From: Octopus vulgaris
Taxonomy: Eukaryota
Direction: 5' to 3'
Length of the DNA: 64,000 nt
Assembly (NCBI GenBank): GCA_951406725.2
Contig: OX597821.1
Location: 37,324,001 to 37,388,000 of the forward strand
Numbering within the stretch: the stretch's first letter is position 1; each line of letters opens with the position of its first letter. The position numbers and the translations under genes are program-made. A model generated the notes under the pieces. The model did no database searches and was not told the origin of the DNA. It saw only the letters and a list, made by a program, of their open reading frames with translations. Positions 10,709 through 25,500 of this stretch are shown piece by piece.

Positions 10709-11714
10709 TTAAAAAAATGATAATGACAACTATAAAAATTAAGTTATTGAGAATTTTTTGGTAGATGCCATTCAATATATGGTTTAAAAAAAATTTAGTT
10801 ACATATTTGCAACAGAATTTGAAAACTATAAATATCTATCAATATATAACTTTAATAGGTTTTGGCAAGTATAGGCCCAGGCCATGTCTAACTTAATGGC
10901 ACTACCTGGTTATACAGATCACATTTTTTGAATAATACTTCTGATGAAGTGGCTGATAAAACATTTGGTACAGTTCCTGTACCTCTCTGTGTTTGTGTGT
11001 TGCCATTGTGGTAGTTGTTGCCATCATTGTTATTGGTATTGTTGATTTTGTTGTGGCCATCCATGAAACTTCTTGTTTGTGTATGGGTTCACTTTGTATG
11101 TAGTTTCTATCCATGCCCTTCATATGGATTTATTTATTTATTATTTATATCTTGTCTCACTCTCTTTCTTATATTTATTTATCACAGGTATGTGACAAAT
11201 ATTTATTTATGTATTTACAAAGTGAGATAGGGGTTATGAGTGTAACCCACTACGGGATATCATTTATCCAATATACTGCCAGTAGAGTACCCAGAAAGGC
11301 TAATACATAAATGCTAAGAATTGCAATGCAATTAATTCATTTACTGTATTATATGGGCGAAGGTAAAATATTTTACCTCAAATTCATATAATTTATTAGT
11401 TAATAAATTATATGAATTGGTATTATCTAGTAGTTGATGATTGAAAGAAATCTATTCCTCCATTTTCTTATTTTGTATTTATATATCTATCTCTATTTCT
11501 TACATGTATCACAGGTAAGTGCATATATGTCTATTGTGTATTACCCTGTATTATTTCCTCTCTCTTCCCTTGTCTTTAGTCATGTGGTGTGATGGTGGGT
11601 GTTATTGTTCCATTCGTGTTTTCTATTGAGGCTCAGTTTGTCTACTGCTATGTGTGTAGCCTCTGTAATCTGTCTAAGTGTCATGTCGGTTCTATATGTT
11701 GATAGACCTGATAC

Positions 11715-12285
11715 TTTGCCTCCGTGAGGCCCCAATGCTCAAAAGGAACTCAGCCAATATGCCTCCATGAGGCCCAACACTTAAAAAGAACTCAGCCACT
11801 TTGCCTCCATGAAACCCAATGCTTGAAAGGTGTTCTTTATGTGCCAGTTACTGAACACCAGCATCAGCCATGACGACGATTTCACTTGGCTTGATGAGTC
11901 TTCTCAAGCACAGCATATCACCAGCGGTCTCGGTCACTCATCATTGCCTCTGTGAGGCTGAAAGTTTGAAGATCATGCTTTACCACTTCATCCCATGTTT
12001 TCCTAGGTCTACCTCTACCACAGGTTTCCTCCACAGTTAGAGATCACTTTTTTTTACACAGCTGTCCTTGTCCATATGCATCACATGACCATAGCAACAC
12101 AGTCGTCTCTCTTGCACACCACATCTGATGCCTCTTATGCCCAATTTTTCTCTCAAGATGCTTACACTTTGTCAAACATGCACACTGACATTGCACATCC
12201 AGCTAAGCATAGTGGCTTCATTTCTTTCAAGCCTACACATGTCACTGCCATATGTAGCAAAGCTGTTTGCACACAGGCATCATTA
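11715..12285 (-). mobile_element. RTE LINE 3' fragment with three ~43-bp tandem units at its distal end
   Basis: Reverse match to 1900-2320; CTTTGCCTCCRTGAGGCCCAA units at 11715-11830. Confidence 0.75.
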
Positions 12286-12399
12286 TATATTATATTTTGA
12301 AGAGATATTTCTTCAATGAATATATTATATAAAATATCAAGCATTATTATTGAGTTAGAAAACAGAGAGATTTAATGGATACAAATTAATTAACATATT

Positions 12400-12952
12400 C
12401 ACCTACAACTGTTTCATTTCACATGCAAAACATGGAGGAGGATCTGTGATGATCTGAGGGGCTATATTTTGGAAATCCGCCAGCCCAATGGTTTCCCATC
12501 ATGGCAGAATTAATAGTCAAGACTATTTAAGCATTTTATCTGTTCAAGTTCAGTCTATGGTTGTAGAACTGTTTTCAGAGAGAAAAGCAATCTTTCAGGA
12601 TGATAATGCACCAATTCACACAGCTAGAGTTATTGAATGGCATGAGGAACATTCTAGTGAAGTTGAACATCTTATCAGGCCACCACAGTCCCCAGATCTC
12701 AATATTATTGAATATTTATGGTGCGTTTTGGAAAAACAAAGAGTCGATATCCTCCACCATCATCACTACAAGAACTAGAGACTGTTTTAGCTGAAGAATG
12801 GACAAAAATTCCTTTGGAAACAATTCAAACTTTGTATGGGTGCATACCTTATAGAATTCAAGCTGTAATTACTGCCAAAGGCAGTCCTACTCCATATCAA
12901 AATAAATTTGTTTGAAATTTCAAAGTGTTTCCATTATTTTGTCCAACCACTG
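12400..12952 (+). mobile_element. Tc1-like transposon 3' fragment (DD34E-type transposase relic and right TIR)
   Basis: KHGGGSVMI*GA, FQDDNAPIHTA, PPQSPDLNIIE.LW, RIQAVI.AKG.PT.Y. Ends ...TTATTTTGTCCAACCACTG|TA. Confidence 0.9.
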
Positions 12953-13255
12953 TATATATACACATACACACACTCGTATATACTAATGTGTTTTCAGAAA
13001 AAAAGTAAATGAAGAGGCTTCATAAAACTGCCAAGGTGAACACGAAAATCAAGAAGCTAAAAGAGAAAGGAGGTTAGGTTTAATAGATTACTAAACCCTC
13101 TTCAAAGTCAAAGAACAGTAATAATGAAATAAACAAAAAAATACATAGAATTTTTTTCATTATAGAAATAAATTTTGATACCATTTCTTTATCACAATTT
13201 CTGGAAACAAAGAACAGAGAAGAACTGAACTGATCTTGTATGTGCAGCAAGTTTC

Positions 13256-13261
13256 TTTATT
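13256..13261 (-). terminator. Candidate poly(A) signal of INTS6
   Basis: AATAAA on the minus strand ~75 nt after the stop codon, followed by a U/GU-rich tract (rc of 13202-13230). Confidence 0.45.
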
Positions 13262-13334
13262 ATAAAAGGAAATATGTTATATAAATATGAAATTATAATA
13301 ATGATGATGATAATAATCCTAGATTGCAATGATA

Positions 13335-13549
13335 TCAACATAGAGAATGAACATCATTTGTTCGAACTTGAAATTTCCGACTGCATTTAGTCTCACACTC
13401 TGTCATTGACAATTCAAATTTTTCCAAATGTTGGATCAACCGCCTCTTTTTAAACCGCGCTGCCTCTCCAACTAGATCTTTGATAAATTTTACTTTCATA
13501 TTCAGTGTACCCTTCATAGAATTCAAATACTGGAAAAATTTATCATAAT
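13335..13549 (-). CDS. INTS6: INTS6 exon 19, terminal (INTS6 C-terminal domain)
   Basis: cag|(N)YDKFFQYLNSMKGTLNMKVKFIKDLVGEAARFKKRRLIQHLEKFE...SLC-TGA. Confidence 0.92.
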
Positions 13550-16500
13550 CTGCAAAATATTAAAACAAAAAATAAATATACAAAAAGCAAATAGAAAATG
13601 TTAAGGCAAAAGGCATTTCCTATTAGGCTTGTACATCATCTTTGACTGAAGACCTCCAAAACTGTCTACAATGAGTACAACTGCATTGAAATAGATAGTA
13701 CACAGCTGATGAATTCACTAAACAATCTTTAGTTTCCTGTTGGCACAGAACAAACTTTAACATTTTATAAAAAGGCTAGATGTGCTTAATAGTTAAGTAA
13801 TCCACACTTGGCAAGCATGTTACACATATGAACACCAGTACTTCTAAATAAGATCATATTTACAGAAAAGTTAAGGGCTTCACAGGAAAAGTTATGTTTA
13901 AAGAAAAGAAACAGCAATGCTAGATGCAAAATTCTACAATGTCAGGAAATATCAGGTACAAAGGGAGACCAAATCTATAGACAAAGGAATGAGAATGACA
14001 TGAGGGTCCTAGAGTTCTGGGGTGTTAATGAATTCATCATCAAACATACTTATGCCATTGTGGAACTTACTTCCAAATACAAATTCTAGAAAATTTATCA
14101 TAGCTATTGACCAGTTCTTTAGTTGGACTAAAATCACAGCTGGAAAATGAGTAACAGTATTAGTGATATATGCCAGCAGTCAACAGTTCTAAGAAGGTTT
14201 GGTGAAGGAAGGAAAGTAAATGTTAAATAAAAAGTATTTTATGAAACCAGACAGAAGTAGTGAGATGGAATCAATGTAATTTGAGAAGTGCATCTGAGAT
14301 GCATTCAGTCTCAGTGATAGTACAAAGAAAAGGCTGTGAAATTATCACAATGAGGAGCTCCGAAAATGAATATGATTGGAAGAGTCTATTTCAATGCAGC
14401 AGACATCACGGACCAAAGCATTTAGTGATAGAAAAAGATATTTGATGAAATGTTGAAAATATCAGGATGGGAAGACATACCATTCCAACTTGTTAGGAAA
14501 TTGTTAACGTCAATAACTGTGTAGCAGTGTTTTGTAAGAAAGGAAAAGATTAACTAGAAAGTGAAACTGAAACTAACGGATCAAGTAATAAAGGTGATAA
14601 AGTGAGGGGAAAGGTGGTTCAGTTGCAAGTATGGACACTGTAATGGGGAAGATTGTATAATTGCTGCATGGCAATGAGACATGTGGGCTTCATGGTGGAA
14701 GGTTTGAGATGGCGAGCAAGAAACGAAGCAAATATGTTGAATGTGTAATGTTATTGTGCATAAATACTGGAGCACAAATGTATGAGAAGAAAGCTGGATA
14801 TAAGAGGAAGCAGATGTGGTGTGTAAGTATGTGTTGGTATGGGCATGAGATATAGATGGAAAATATCAGTTGTATAAAGAAGTAGTGAGTGCCTGAAGTG
14901 GTTGGAACAAGTGGAAGGAGACTTACAAAATCAGGACAAAGTGGTGAAGACTAAAATGTCTAAGCCACAAGTGCAAGCACAACAAAACAGTTGATGGAGG
15001 TCGGGATGTATGAATTGGGTCTGTTGCTCATTGTTAAATTTCCATCTACCACCCTTACCATAATCTCTTCATTTATCATTCAGTCACATATTCATCATGG
15101 TACTTGTATACTGAAAAGTGACTTTTGACTTGTTTTCAATCCCTCCACCATCACTATTATTGTACCTCTCTTTCACTATTTTCCCCCCTTGTAACCTGAA
15201 ATGACACTGGGATGAAATATTGAAGGCTGATCTCAAAATGCTGAGCCTTAAGAAGGAGATGGCAGAAGACTGAGATATGTGGCACTTTGCTGTAACCAAG
15301 AAGACTCACTCACCACAACAGAATTGATAACCTAAAGCCAAGGTGCCATGTAAAAAACATTGATATGAGTGCTGGTGCTACATAAAAAGCACTGGTACTG
15401 GTGCTGGTGCCATATAGAAAAAAACCCCCAGCACACTCTGTAAAGCGGTTGGTTTTAGGAAGGGCATCTAGCTGTAGAAACCTAGTGAAAACAGAATATG
15501 GAACCTGGTGCAGCCCTGGCCTTGCCAGTTTTGTCAAACCATCCAACCCATGCTAGCATGGAAAACGGATGTTAAGTGATGATGATGATGATGATGATTA
15601 TTATCAGTTTTGAGATGTTGAATGTTGTTGGCTCTTCTTATAAATTGTAGGGAGGAGTGAATGGGGAGTATGAAGAATTTGGTAGACCTAGGGTAGAATT
15701 GTTTTGTTTACCTGCTTAGGTATTTTAGCATTTTTGTGGCACTAAATTCCTAATCAACTAAAAGGCGAGAGCTCTAAATTTTTGGCTGAACTGAGATACC
15801 AGAGTTGAGGGAAGGAGAATCAGAAGTCCTTTGTAGTTATAGACTTTGAGATGATTTTATGGGTGCAAAGTTGATTATGGCTGGGTTTGGAAATGATAAA
15901 TGGATCAAAGTTATTTAGGATATCAGCATTTGTTAAGTTTATGTGCAGTTGAGGATACTAACTGATGTAGACAGCTGAAGATGGTAAACAATTTGACATG
16001 TGTGCCACCAGCATAAGTAAGGGGTGAGTAGGAAAGCAATGGGTAACTGGAATCCAAATGAGAGATTGGAATAAACAGTGCAGTCTGAGGCTGATCAAAG
16101 CCTTGTAAATGGATTTGGTCAGCCCAAGGCTGCAGCTGAATATATTTGCTCAGGAGACTAAACCTACTAAACCTAAAACCTTGTGGATGGGAAAGCAAAA
16201 ATTTCAAGTTGAGTTGGTAGACAGAAGTGACATCAGGAAATTGGTGGAGTGTCTTTCTATTGGAAATAGTCAGTTTGCATGTAGGAGCCCACGAACAAAG
16301 ACAGATATGAATTCTCCATGGCTGTAGAGCTACAGTAACTCTGCTTGTTCATGACAAAATGCAGTGCCGTTGGCTTCTGCAAAAACAATCTGGAGACTTG
16401 GTGTCAAAGACACCACGGTTAAGGTAAGAACAAAACTAGTTTTTATTGCTTGCTCATTTCTACACCACATACATGCCATTAACAAATGAAATAAGTAGAA

Positions 16501-19500
16501 ATGTTAGGCAATGAAGAGGCTAAAACCGTTGAGCAGTTAATTCTATGAGAATCGATTGAATAAATGTTGTTGTCCAAAACTGGAGTCATTTTGCTCAAAG
16601 CGAAAATTATTATACTTACTTTTACCAGGCTTTCTCAGTTCCTTGTATAAAATAATTCTCAATTTTGCATTATGGTTCCAATGAATAGATTCCAATTTAT
16701 GATTTGGATTGTTATTTAAGTTTGTAAATTCTGAGCATTGAACTTCTATATCAGTTTTTAAAGATTCTATTTGACTTGACTGATCAAGTTGATATGGACT
16801 GACAGAGAGTTCATTAACATGGTTTGTATCCATTGGTATTTCTTCTTGTAAATTAACCCAAGGATTAGGGAGTGATGTATCCTCTGCAAACGAAGCAAAA
16901 ACTATTATATTAATCTACCATTCACTTAAATAGAAATGACAAATTACATTTTAAGGATAATCAATTTATTAGAATAAAACATTTACCAGAAGAATTTTCA
17001 ACTTTCACATTATTTTCCGTCTTTGGACAAACAGGCGGTGGGGAGACAGCAGCAGCTTCTGTCATAATTGAAGGCGATGCTGGCCGTTTGATGGGAAGAT
17101 CTCTTGGTAAAGGACCTATGGAAAAAAAAAGTTTTTTTTTTAAAGACAAAAATACAACAGAAAAAATTATTCAACAAAAACATTTCATTGATTAAATCTC
17201 AATCATTCAAAAGAATACTTGTACAAATCTATTTTCAGCATTAATAATATTTGCATTAATTAAATTCAAACATTTACGAAAAATTTCTGTATACAAGAAA
17301 AAAAAACTCAAAAAAGCATTACTATTCAATACTTTAAAATACATTGCAAACTTCACACACACAACACAGGCATCCCAATATCATCTTTACACTTTACTAC
17401 TTCAAAAATCAGCAGTTATTGTCTCAACACAGCCTTTTGGAAGATAACAAGTAATCAATCACTTTCATGAATTTGCTTTTGTATTTTAAATTAAAATAGT
17501 TTAACGAGAAAGCTAGGTTCAACCATTTTATAGGATATAACAGAGATATACTTGCCTGGTTTTCTTTTTCTTGGCAGTGAATTAACAAGTGTGTCTTGGG
17601 AAGTTTTCTTGCTACGAGACTGTTGTCCGAAGACAGCTTCATCAGCTTCATCAATCATAATATTCTAAAACGAGAATAAACCGTAAACCTGAATATTTAT
17701 TTCTAACAAACAAGCACAAGATCATAATCTTTACTGTGGTGGATGGCAGTGGCAGAAGAATACAGTTGATCAAATTGAACCAGTTCTATACTGGTAAGTA
17801 TTTTATCAACCCTGAAAAGATGAAAGGCAAAGCTGACCTCAGAGGAATTTGAATTCAGAATCATCATCGTTTAACGTCCGTTCTCCATGCTAGCATGGGT
17901 TGGACGGTTCGACCGGGGATCTGGGAAGCCAGAAGGCTGCACCAAGCTCCGGTCTTATCTGGCAATGTTTCTACAGCTGGATGCCCTTCCTAACGCCAAC
18001 CACTCCGTGAGTGTAGTGGGTGCCTTTTACGTGCCACCTGCACTGGTGCCAGGCGAGGCTGGCATTGGTGCATTTTACGTGCCACCTGCACGGAAGCCAG
18101 TCGAGGCGGCACTGGCTTCGGATGGTGCTTTTTACGTGCCACCGACACGGAAGCCAGCCGAGGCAGCGCTGGCGTGAAGATATATAAGTAAACCCTGCAA
18201 GGCCTTTTGTACAACACTGCAGATTTGGCCTATCCTAAGTATTACATTAATTGTAATAGTGTTGCTGCCATCATCACCACCACCACCATCATCATCATTT
18301 AGCATCTGTTTTCCATGCTGGTATGGGTTAGATGGTTTGACTGGAAATGGTAAGCTGGAGAGCTGCACCAAGCTCAAAACATTTTCACATGTCAGTCTAT
18401 TTGTTATAGCTGTCTGACATCAAGATGGTTTAATTCAAAGTGCCGATTAATAGTTGGAGGTAACAGGGAAGGATTTCCCATTGCTTTCTTAACTCAATAG
18501 AATTGGAATTTGAAATCAGACAGGTATGTTAATCTTACCTTGATATATAATGCAGTATCATATACCAATGGTTTAGAAGCTCCAAGATGTAACACCTGTA
18601 ACTTATCAAGCCTTTGGTTCATATTAACAAATATATTTATGTAGTAGAGGGGTCCAAAATTTACAGTAACTAGCTTTTGTACTGCAATTCTACTAGTAAT
18701 AAAATATACTTTTGTTAATTAAATATACACTACCTACAACAGGTAGCCATTCAATGGAAATCAAATGTTTTCAAAAATTTCATTACCAAAATAACTTACT
18801 TTGTTTACTTTAAATGGATTTCCAAACATGTGCAATCTGACTGGCTGTGTCTCAATTTCTCTTAATGTGGCAGGCATCTTCTTGAGATATTCTTGATAAT
18901 TACCCATTTGTTGAACTGGAATGCTATGAATGTAGTCTGTAATTAAAAGGAAGTGAATGAAAACTCAATATAAATTTGGCAATTTAAAAAAAAAAAAATT
19001 ACTAATGGAGATATATTCTAATGTACAACAATATCATCATTATTTTAAGTCTGTTTACTATGGTGGCATGGGTTAGATGGTTTGAGAGGAACTGGTGAGC
19101 CACAGGGCCATGTTAAACCCTAATGTTAGCTTTGGTATGGTTTCCACAGCTGGATACACTTAGCTTACTCTCCACTGCAATAGAATACGGATCCAAGATT
19201 TGCTAGATATCCCCACCTTCACAGAGCTATACAAAGAAAATCCCTGCAAGGAATTGGTAGTTCAATACAATATGCACTCGGTTTTACTTTGACTAGAGAG
19301 CAATGCCATCTACATAAAGCTATTAACAAGACTTCTTCAAGTTCTTGAAAAATCAAAAGGTCCACCATCCTAAGTTTTCATCATAAACCTAACCAGATCA
19401 TTCGTTTTAGCAATTAAGAGCTGCATTAGCAGAATTAACAGATCATTGTATTCAGGTGCTTTGGAGGAAAATACAGTTGAACTCTTTGAGGATGAACTCG

Positions 19501-22500
19501 TTTACCTCAGCATCACATAGCATTTCCAGCAGATATAAAGAAACGATTTACAAATAGTTGTTCTTCAACCCAAACACTCATTATACTCAATAAGCAATGT
19601 GTGCATAGAACTAAGTATAGTATAGGTCTATACTTAAATGGTCAAGCTTAAGTTTTAAGACTAATCCTAAATGATCTGAGGTGCAGCTTAGAGTAATGCT
19701 ACAACAGAGGCATCCTGTGCAGGTGGCACATAAAAAACACCATTTGAGTATAGCTGTCGACAGTACTGCCTGACTGGCCCTCATGCCGGTGGTGTGTAAA
19801 AGCATCCACTACACTCTCGGAGTGGTTGGCGTTAGGAAGGGCATCCAGCTGTAGAAACTCTGCCAGGTCAGGTTGGAGCCTAGTGCAGCTATCTGGTTCG
19901 CCAGTCCTCAGTCAAATCGTCCAACCCATGCCAGCATGGAAAGCGGATGTTAAATGATGATGATGATGTTGAATATATTTCAACTCTTAAAACATTAAGA
20001 ACAGGATAAGACAGAGCAACTTAGACAAATATACTTTAAGCAAGTTCTAAAAGGTTCTGTATCCAGCAGTTATTGTGAAAGGAATTCTTAAGAGATGCAA
20101 TTCCAGGATCCTGAAACATATCTTCTTAAGCAGGCATGTCTGTCACGAAACAGAGAAAACAGATGCATAAACCTCTACAAGGACTTCAGTTAAGCACAAT
20201 AATCAGTCAACACGGTTTTCTCACAAAATGTATTCCTGACAAGACTCCTTTGCACACCAAAGTCAAACAGTTTTTTGTCTGTATGGACATCCATACCAAT
20301 GTATGGAAATGTGAAACAATGGCTGACATGCCCAAGAATTGTAACTTTTACAACTATTAACCACAGAGCTGCAGCTTGAAACTCTTAATATTTCAAATAA
20401 GCAGCAAGTGGGCAGACAGAGACAATTCTAAATGATTCGCTATAATCCATCTGTCTACTTTTTACAACCAAAGTAGATTTCCTACAATAAACTTTACTTA
20501 GTGAACCAGCACCATCTACACATGAACTAAACACCTCCCATTAAGCATGCATTATTAATTTTATGAAACTGGTCATCTTGCTTCTTTCATTACACTTCAA
20601 ACATGCCACACAATCCCTAATGACCTTTCATGGTGACTGCACCACAACCATTTAGCTGTTTCTTCAGTTCTTGAAGTTGCTTTGGGTTTGAGCAGTTGCT
20701 GACCCTCTATGAAGTAAATATGTGAAACCACATTAGCAATAATACAGCTGCAATAAAGGAGACAATACTGTAGAACTGCTATAAACAAACATTCTAGATT
20801 GCATCTAAAGAAAGAAAGCAAAAAACCTGTTGTTGTCCCACTTCATAATGGGAGATAAGTGTCTGAACAACTCTAAAAATGAAACACAATGAAGCAGCCT
20901 CTATGCAGTTGCTTGACTTGATGCAATAACAGCCAAATATACCTCAAACAGCACTAGATAATATAGTCCTAGATTCTGTGTTTAAAAAAAAGATGAGCTG
21001 ATCACAGATAGGATGTCTTGACCATAGATCTGACCTTGGGCTAAGTGGCAAAATATTATGTATTATGTACACTAAATGCACCCAATGACCCTGCCTGGCC
21101 ATTGCTTTGTCATCTTCCTGCCTTGGTGTTCAAATCCTGTTTGAAACACTAATGCTAATCCTGCCTCCCAATGACCAAAACTCTTCAACTTCTCCAGCCT
21201 CTCTCTACTAAATGTCATCCCGTTGACTGCGTTAACGAGGTCGGGGCGACAAAGATAGTGGCAATTGTTTGGACTAAATAATTAAAAATATGAAGGACAA
21301 AGACAATAACAACCTCATAGAATCATTTTTTCATAATGGTGTACATCAGGATAGCAAATTTGAAACAACATTTCAGGTTATCTGCGACACTAAACATCCA
21401 AACCCTATTTCTTTGCATGCCTTCCTCTGCGACATGTACACTCTGCTAACAAAACAGCACTAGTATTTGTTTATAATACTGCTACAACAGTCATTGCAGA
21501 TAAGACCATCCTGCATTGCATAATTATCTAGCACAGTGATTCTTTTCAACATCACAGCCATAGGCCTCCAGCTTTCCCTCAAAGATCAGACTGAAGACAA
21601 ACCAGTCGGTTGGTTTATGTATGAAGTAAGCTTCGGTGATATAGTGATATAGGTTTGTCAAATGAAAACTAGTAGGGACAAGTACAAGATGATTGGTATA
21701 TCATGGAAATTTGGAGGGCTTTTTTTCATAAACCACAGTTATGAATGAATGTGTGTGTGTGTGTGCATGCGTACGTGCATAGTAGCAGCAGTACCATCCA
21801 GATATTTGAGTGGTACTGTGGAGAACATGAATATTGACTGATAATCAACATTGATATGTAGTAAAAGCAGTTAAGAACTTACCATCATCAATAAGTTTAG
21901 AGTTCTGTGGGGAAACTTGTAAAAAGTTAGTTCTCATTCTTGAAATCTGATCTAATAAATTCTTTCTGGGAATATCAAATGGATTTCTGAAATGTATTTA
22001 TTTTAAAATGATTTATGCATAAGTGAAATGACATGTCTTTGTTTATGCATGCTTTTCTTTAAACAATGTATGTGCTTGAAAAATTCAATTTTTTTTAAGA
22101 AAGTGAAGACCAAGATTTGTTTTATGCAAAAGATAAACTTTGGAAATTTCCATAAAAATTAAAAAGATATACGAGACATTGTTTTAGAAATAATTCCATT
22201 TACCACTTATTTTAAAGATTAATACATATGCTCCAAAACCATTTTATTCCAATTCAGTATTTCATATTTCACAGGAAAACAAATATTAATTAACTCTTTA
22301 AGCCCCTAATCAGGAGAGATGGCAACTAAAAAGTTGCTGTGCTTTGATAACAAGGTTATTCATGCAAACTGGTAAGGAGATAATTCATGCAAAATACCCT
22401 GTGGTGCCATGGAAATTTCTAATGATCAAATAAAAGCCATTTTACAATCACTGGTAACTTTTGGCATGTAATTTTAGAAAGTTTAAATATTCCTTCCCCC

Positions 22501-25500
22501 TGAACCACCAATACAGAACTTGGCTTCGTGAATTTAAAGCTTTTTATCTTTGAAGGATATTGCAAATATAGATAGAAAACAATCCAATTTTACTGTGGCT
22601 TAAGACAGATATTAGTATTTCTGATGTCAGTAGTGGTGAAAATAAAACTGAGTAGGAAGAAATGCAAGCAAATGGACATTTAGCACAAACAGAATTGAAA
22701 CAAAGACAAAAAGGAGAGCAAATCTATAGACATTTCAACATGGAAGAGTAGATATTAAATGTTAAAATTAAATTAATAAAATAATTAGAAAAGTATTCCA
22801 TATTTCCATGGTGGAAATGTGAAAGGGGAGGAAGAAGAACCTGCTAAAATATGAATACCTGAAGTACTGAGGCTTGATTTCTGGGTCCTGAACAGCAACT
22901 GTAAAAGTGTTGTAGTCAAATAATTCTTGCCGCAAGTTGCTCATGTTTCCTCCCATTGTCTGCAGAAGTTGGTTGAAATCTTTTCGTTGGACAATTGAAG
23001 CTTTTGTTCTAGGAGAAAAAGAATAGTAAAAAGAAAAAAAAAAAAATATAAAAGCTTAAATTTTTGGAATTAAATAAAATATTATCTAACAGTATAAATT
23101 CAATTCTCATTTCTTCATGCCAATTTAATTCACATCATCATATGTTCCCTTTCCATGAGTCATCACTGTTCAAGCCAATATGCTCCAAAGTAGACTGACT
23201 ACATTGTTCTTGTGGCACTTGCACAAGAAAAGTTATAATGTCCTTGACAAAACAAGACCAAGGCTCCATTGACCTTATGAGGTCCCTGCTCGTTTGTCAA
23301 CTACTTTGTATTGGATGCATTTTATCAAAGAACCAACAACACTTCTACCAGAATCTCCTCTACTCTACGAGGACTCCATTTGTTCAGAACTCAGTAACCC
23401 ATAAAATGGGTAGAAAAGAGGGTGATTGTGCAATACAAATTAGAATGAGGGAGAAAAAAAAAAAAGAGAGAGTATGGCGGGGTGTAGACTTTGGGAGAAA
23501 TGGGAAAGACAGAAATGGTACAGAATAAATGGCAACTACATGCTTGTAGGTAAAAAGAGTGTGATGGATGTCAGTAATGAAATACCTGAGGTCAAAGGAA
23601 TGGCAGCTAGTAGTATAGAAATATTAAGGAGAGTATGGGTGATGAAGAGTCAAACTTGTAATAGAAGAGGAGTGATGATGGGAAACAGGGGACAGCATGC
23701 TTTGAATATCAAAAGATTTGATGCAAACCATTCTTACTCAAGCATCATTATTTGGAAGGATAAAGGAAAGTGTAAAGCTACGGCTAGTGGACTGAGGTCC
23801 AGCAATATAAGAGGGCAGTTTTAGGCAGACAGACAGATCAAGAGTTTGCAGACAGACATGTTAATTATTCTGGTCTACACAGAATACACAAAACTGAGAG
23901 GAAATTCTGTGTGTAAAAGGAATCAGTTGTAATGGTGCAAGACACTACTAGAGAAGACTTGTCCAACACAGGTAACATGACGAAATGGACATGCAATGAT
24001 TGTGTCTTTGTGGTGTTGAAGGAAACATGGATACAGTTCCACAGGGAAATATTTTTGGAGCTTCTCTTCAAGGACCTAACTCCATGTTTGAGAGGAGGGA
24101 TAAAGGCTGCATGTACATAACATTTGTGTGTGGAAATTTAGTGTGAAGTGAAGTAACATGTGCATAGGAATGCACATTGCTAGAGATGACAAATAGGTTG
24201 ATGCAAAAGAGTAAGAGTGTGTGTGTGCGGGGGGGGGGGGGTAAATCTTGGAGCACACTGGACTTGGTAGTGTGTGGGTGAGGGAGAGTACTACAGGCAT
24301 GTGTTGGAATCTGACAGGAATCTTCTGATCCAATTGGAACTCCATGTTTTGCTGATGTCAAGTACAAAATACCGTTTCTTATTCCATTTGAAGTTGTGAG
24401 TACACGATATAGAATTAACAGACATATAAACAATCAACTGGTTGGAATCACCAGTGGACAGACTCGAAACTTAGTAATTTGAGGTAACAAATGAGGATGA
24501 GGATTGTGGTCACGTCTTCTCTGGCACTGTGTATCACCAGTCATCCTTCTGTTATCTCCAAGAGATTTAACAATTGAAATTCTTCACCACTTTGTCCCAA
24601 CTCCTACTTAGTCTCTCTTCTCCACAAATACCATTCACATTGAGCGCTTGGCATAAGTATCTGTCATCCTTCAAATGCATGTGTTTTTCCTGCACAGTTC
24701 TTCTCTCAACTCATTTGTACTTTGTTGTTCATGAACACTAACATGAGACATCCAGGGAAACATGCTTCTTTCATTTCTTTCTAGTGTTTACAAGTCCTCA
24801 ACATTCAACGCTTGCATCTTTTTGTCAAGCTGCATCATATTTTGCACAAGCATCATACAATCTGCCATTCCTTTCACAAAGAAGCCATTTGCTGTCAGCT
24901 TCCTGAACTTTTCCAGCCTGTTCTTACTCTGGCTACTACACCTGTCCCCATTGCTAATTAAGCCACCTGGACATCTGAGAGAATCTTACTTCCCAATGGC
25001 TTATTGCTCCAGTACACAGTTCCATATAAAATTTACCTTCTCTCTAAGCCTGCTTTTGACACAACCACACTTGTGTCCTTTGCTTACACCAACTCCATCT
25101 CTGTATATGGACCCTAACCATTTCTCCGATAGCACCAGGCTCTTCTCTTCCTCCTTATTCATCTTAACTCAATTTCAATTTCTAAAGATCTAGTTGTGAG
25201 AATACTTTTATTAACTTCTGCAGCACAAAATATTTGAGGAACAAATTTTTTGAATTTAGTATCGAGTAACCTCAAGCTGCATGAGTTCAAATAGACCTAC
25301 AGTGAAGATGTAATTTATCACAAGGAAACTAATAGAAATGTCATTCATCAATTTTTTCTGAACCTCAACAAATACTTATTAGTGCAGCACACAGTCTAAG
25401 GGAATTAACAGTAATTGCAGAAGATGCAACAAGACAAAATCTTGTAGTGTTTTTAATTAATTTGTTGAGATTAAATATAATGTTGCAGCTATTGTGAATG

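Noticed and set aside
17641-17652. DEAD motif suggesting an RNA helicase
   Set aside because: This is the known isolated DEAD-like word of INTS6 (source of the name DDX26); no other helicase motifs are present.
18019-18175. Repeat-spacer pattern resembling a CRISPR array
   Set aside because: The spacers are related to one another, the unit is part of the RTE 3'UTR found many times in the window, the context is eukaryotic and there are no cas genes.
19160-20830. Higher-complexity intronic stretches that look like decayed coding sequence
   Set aside because: No recognisable motif or sustained ORF; probably old TE debris, not assignable without a search.
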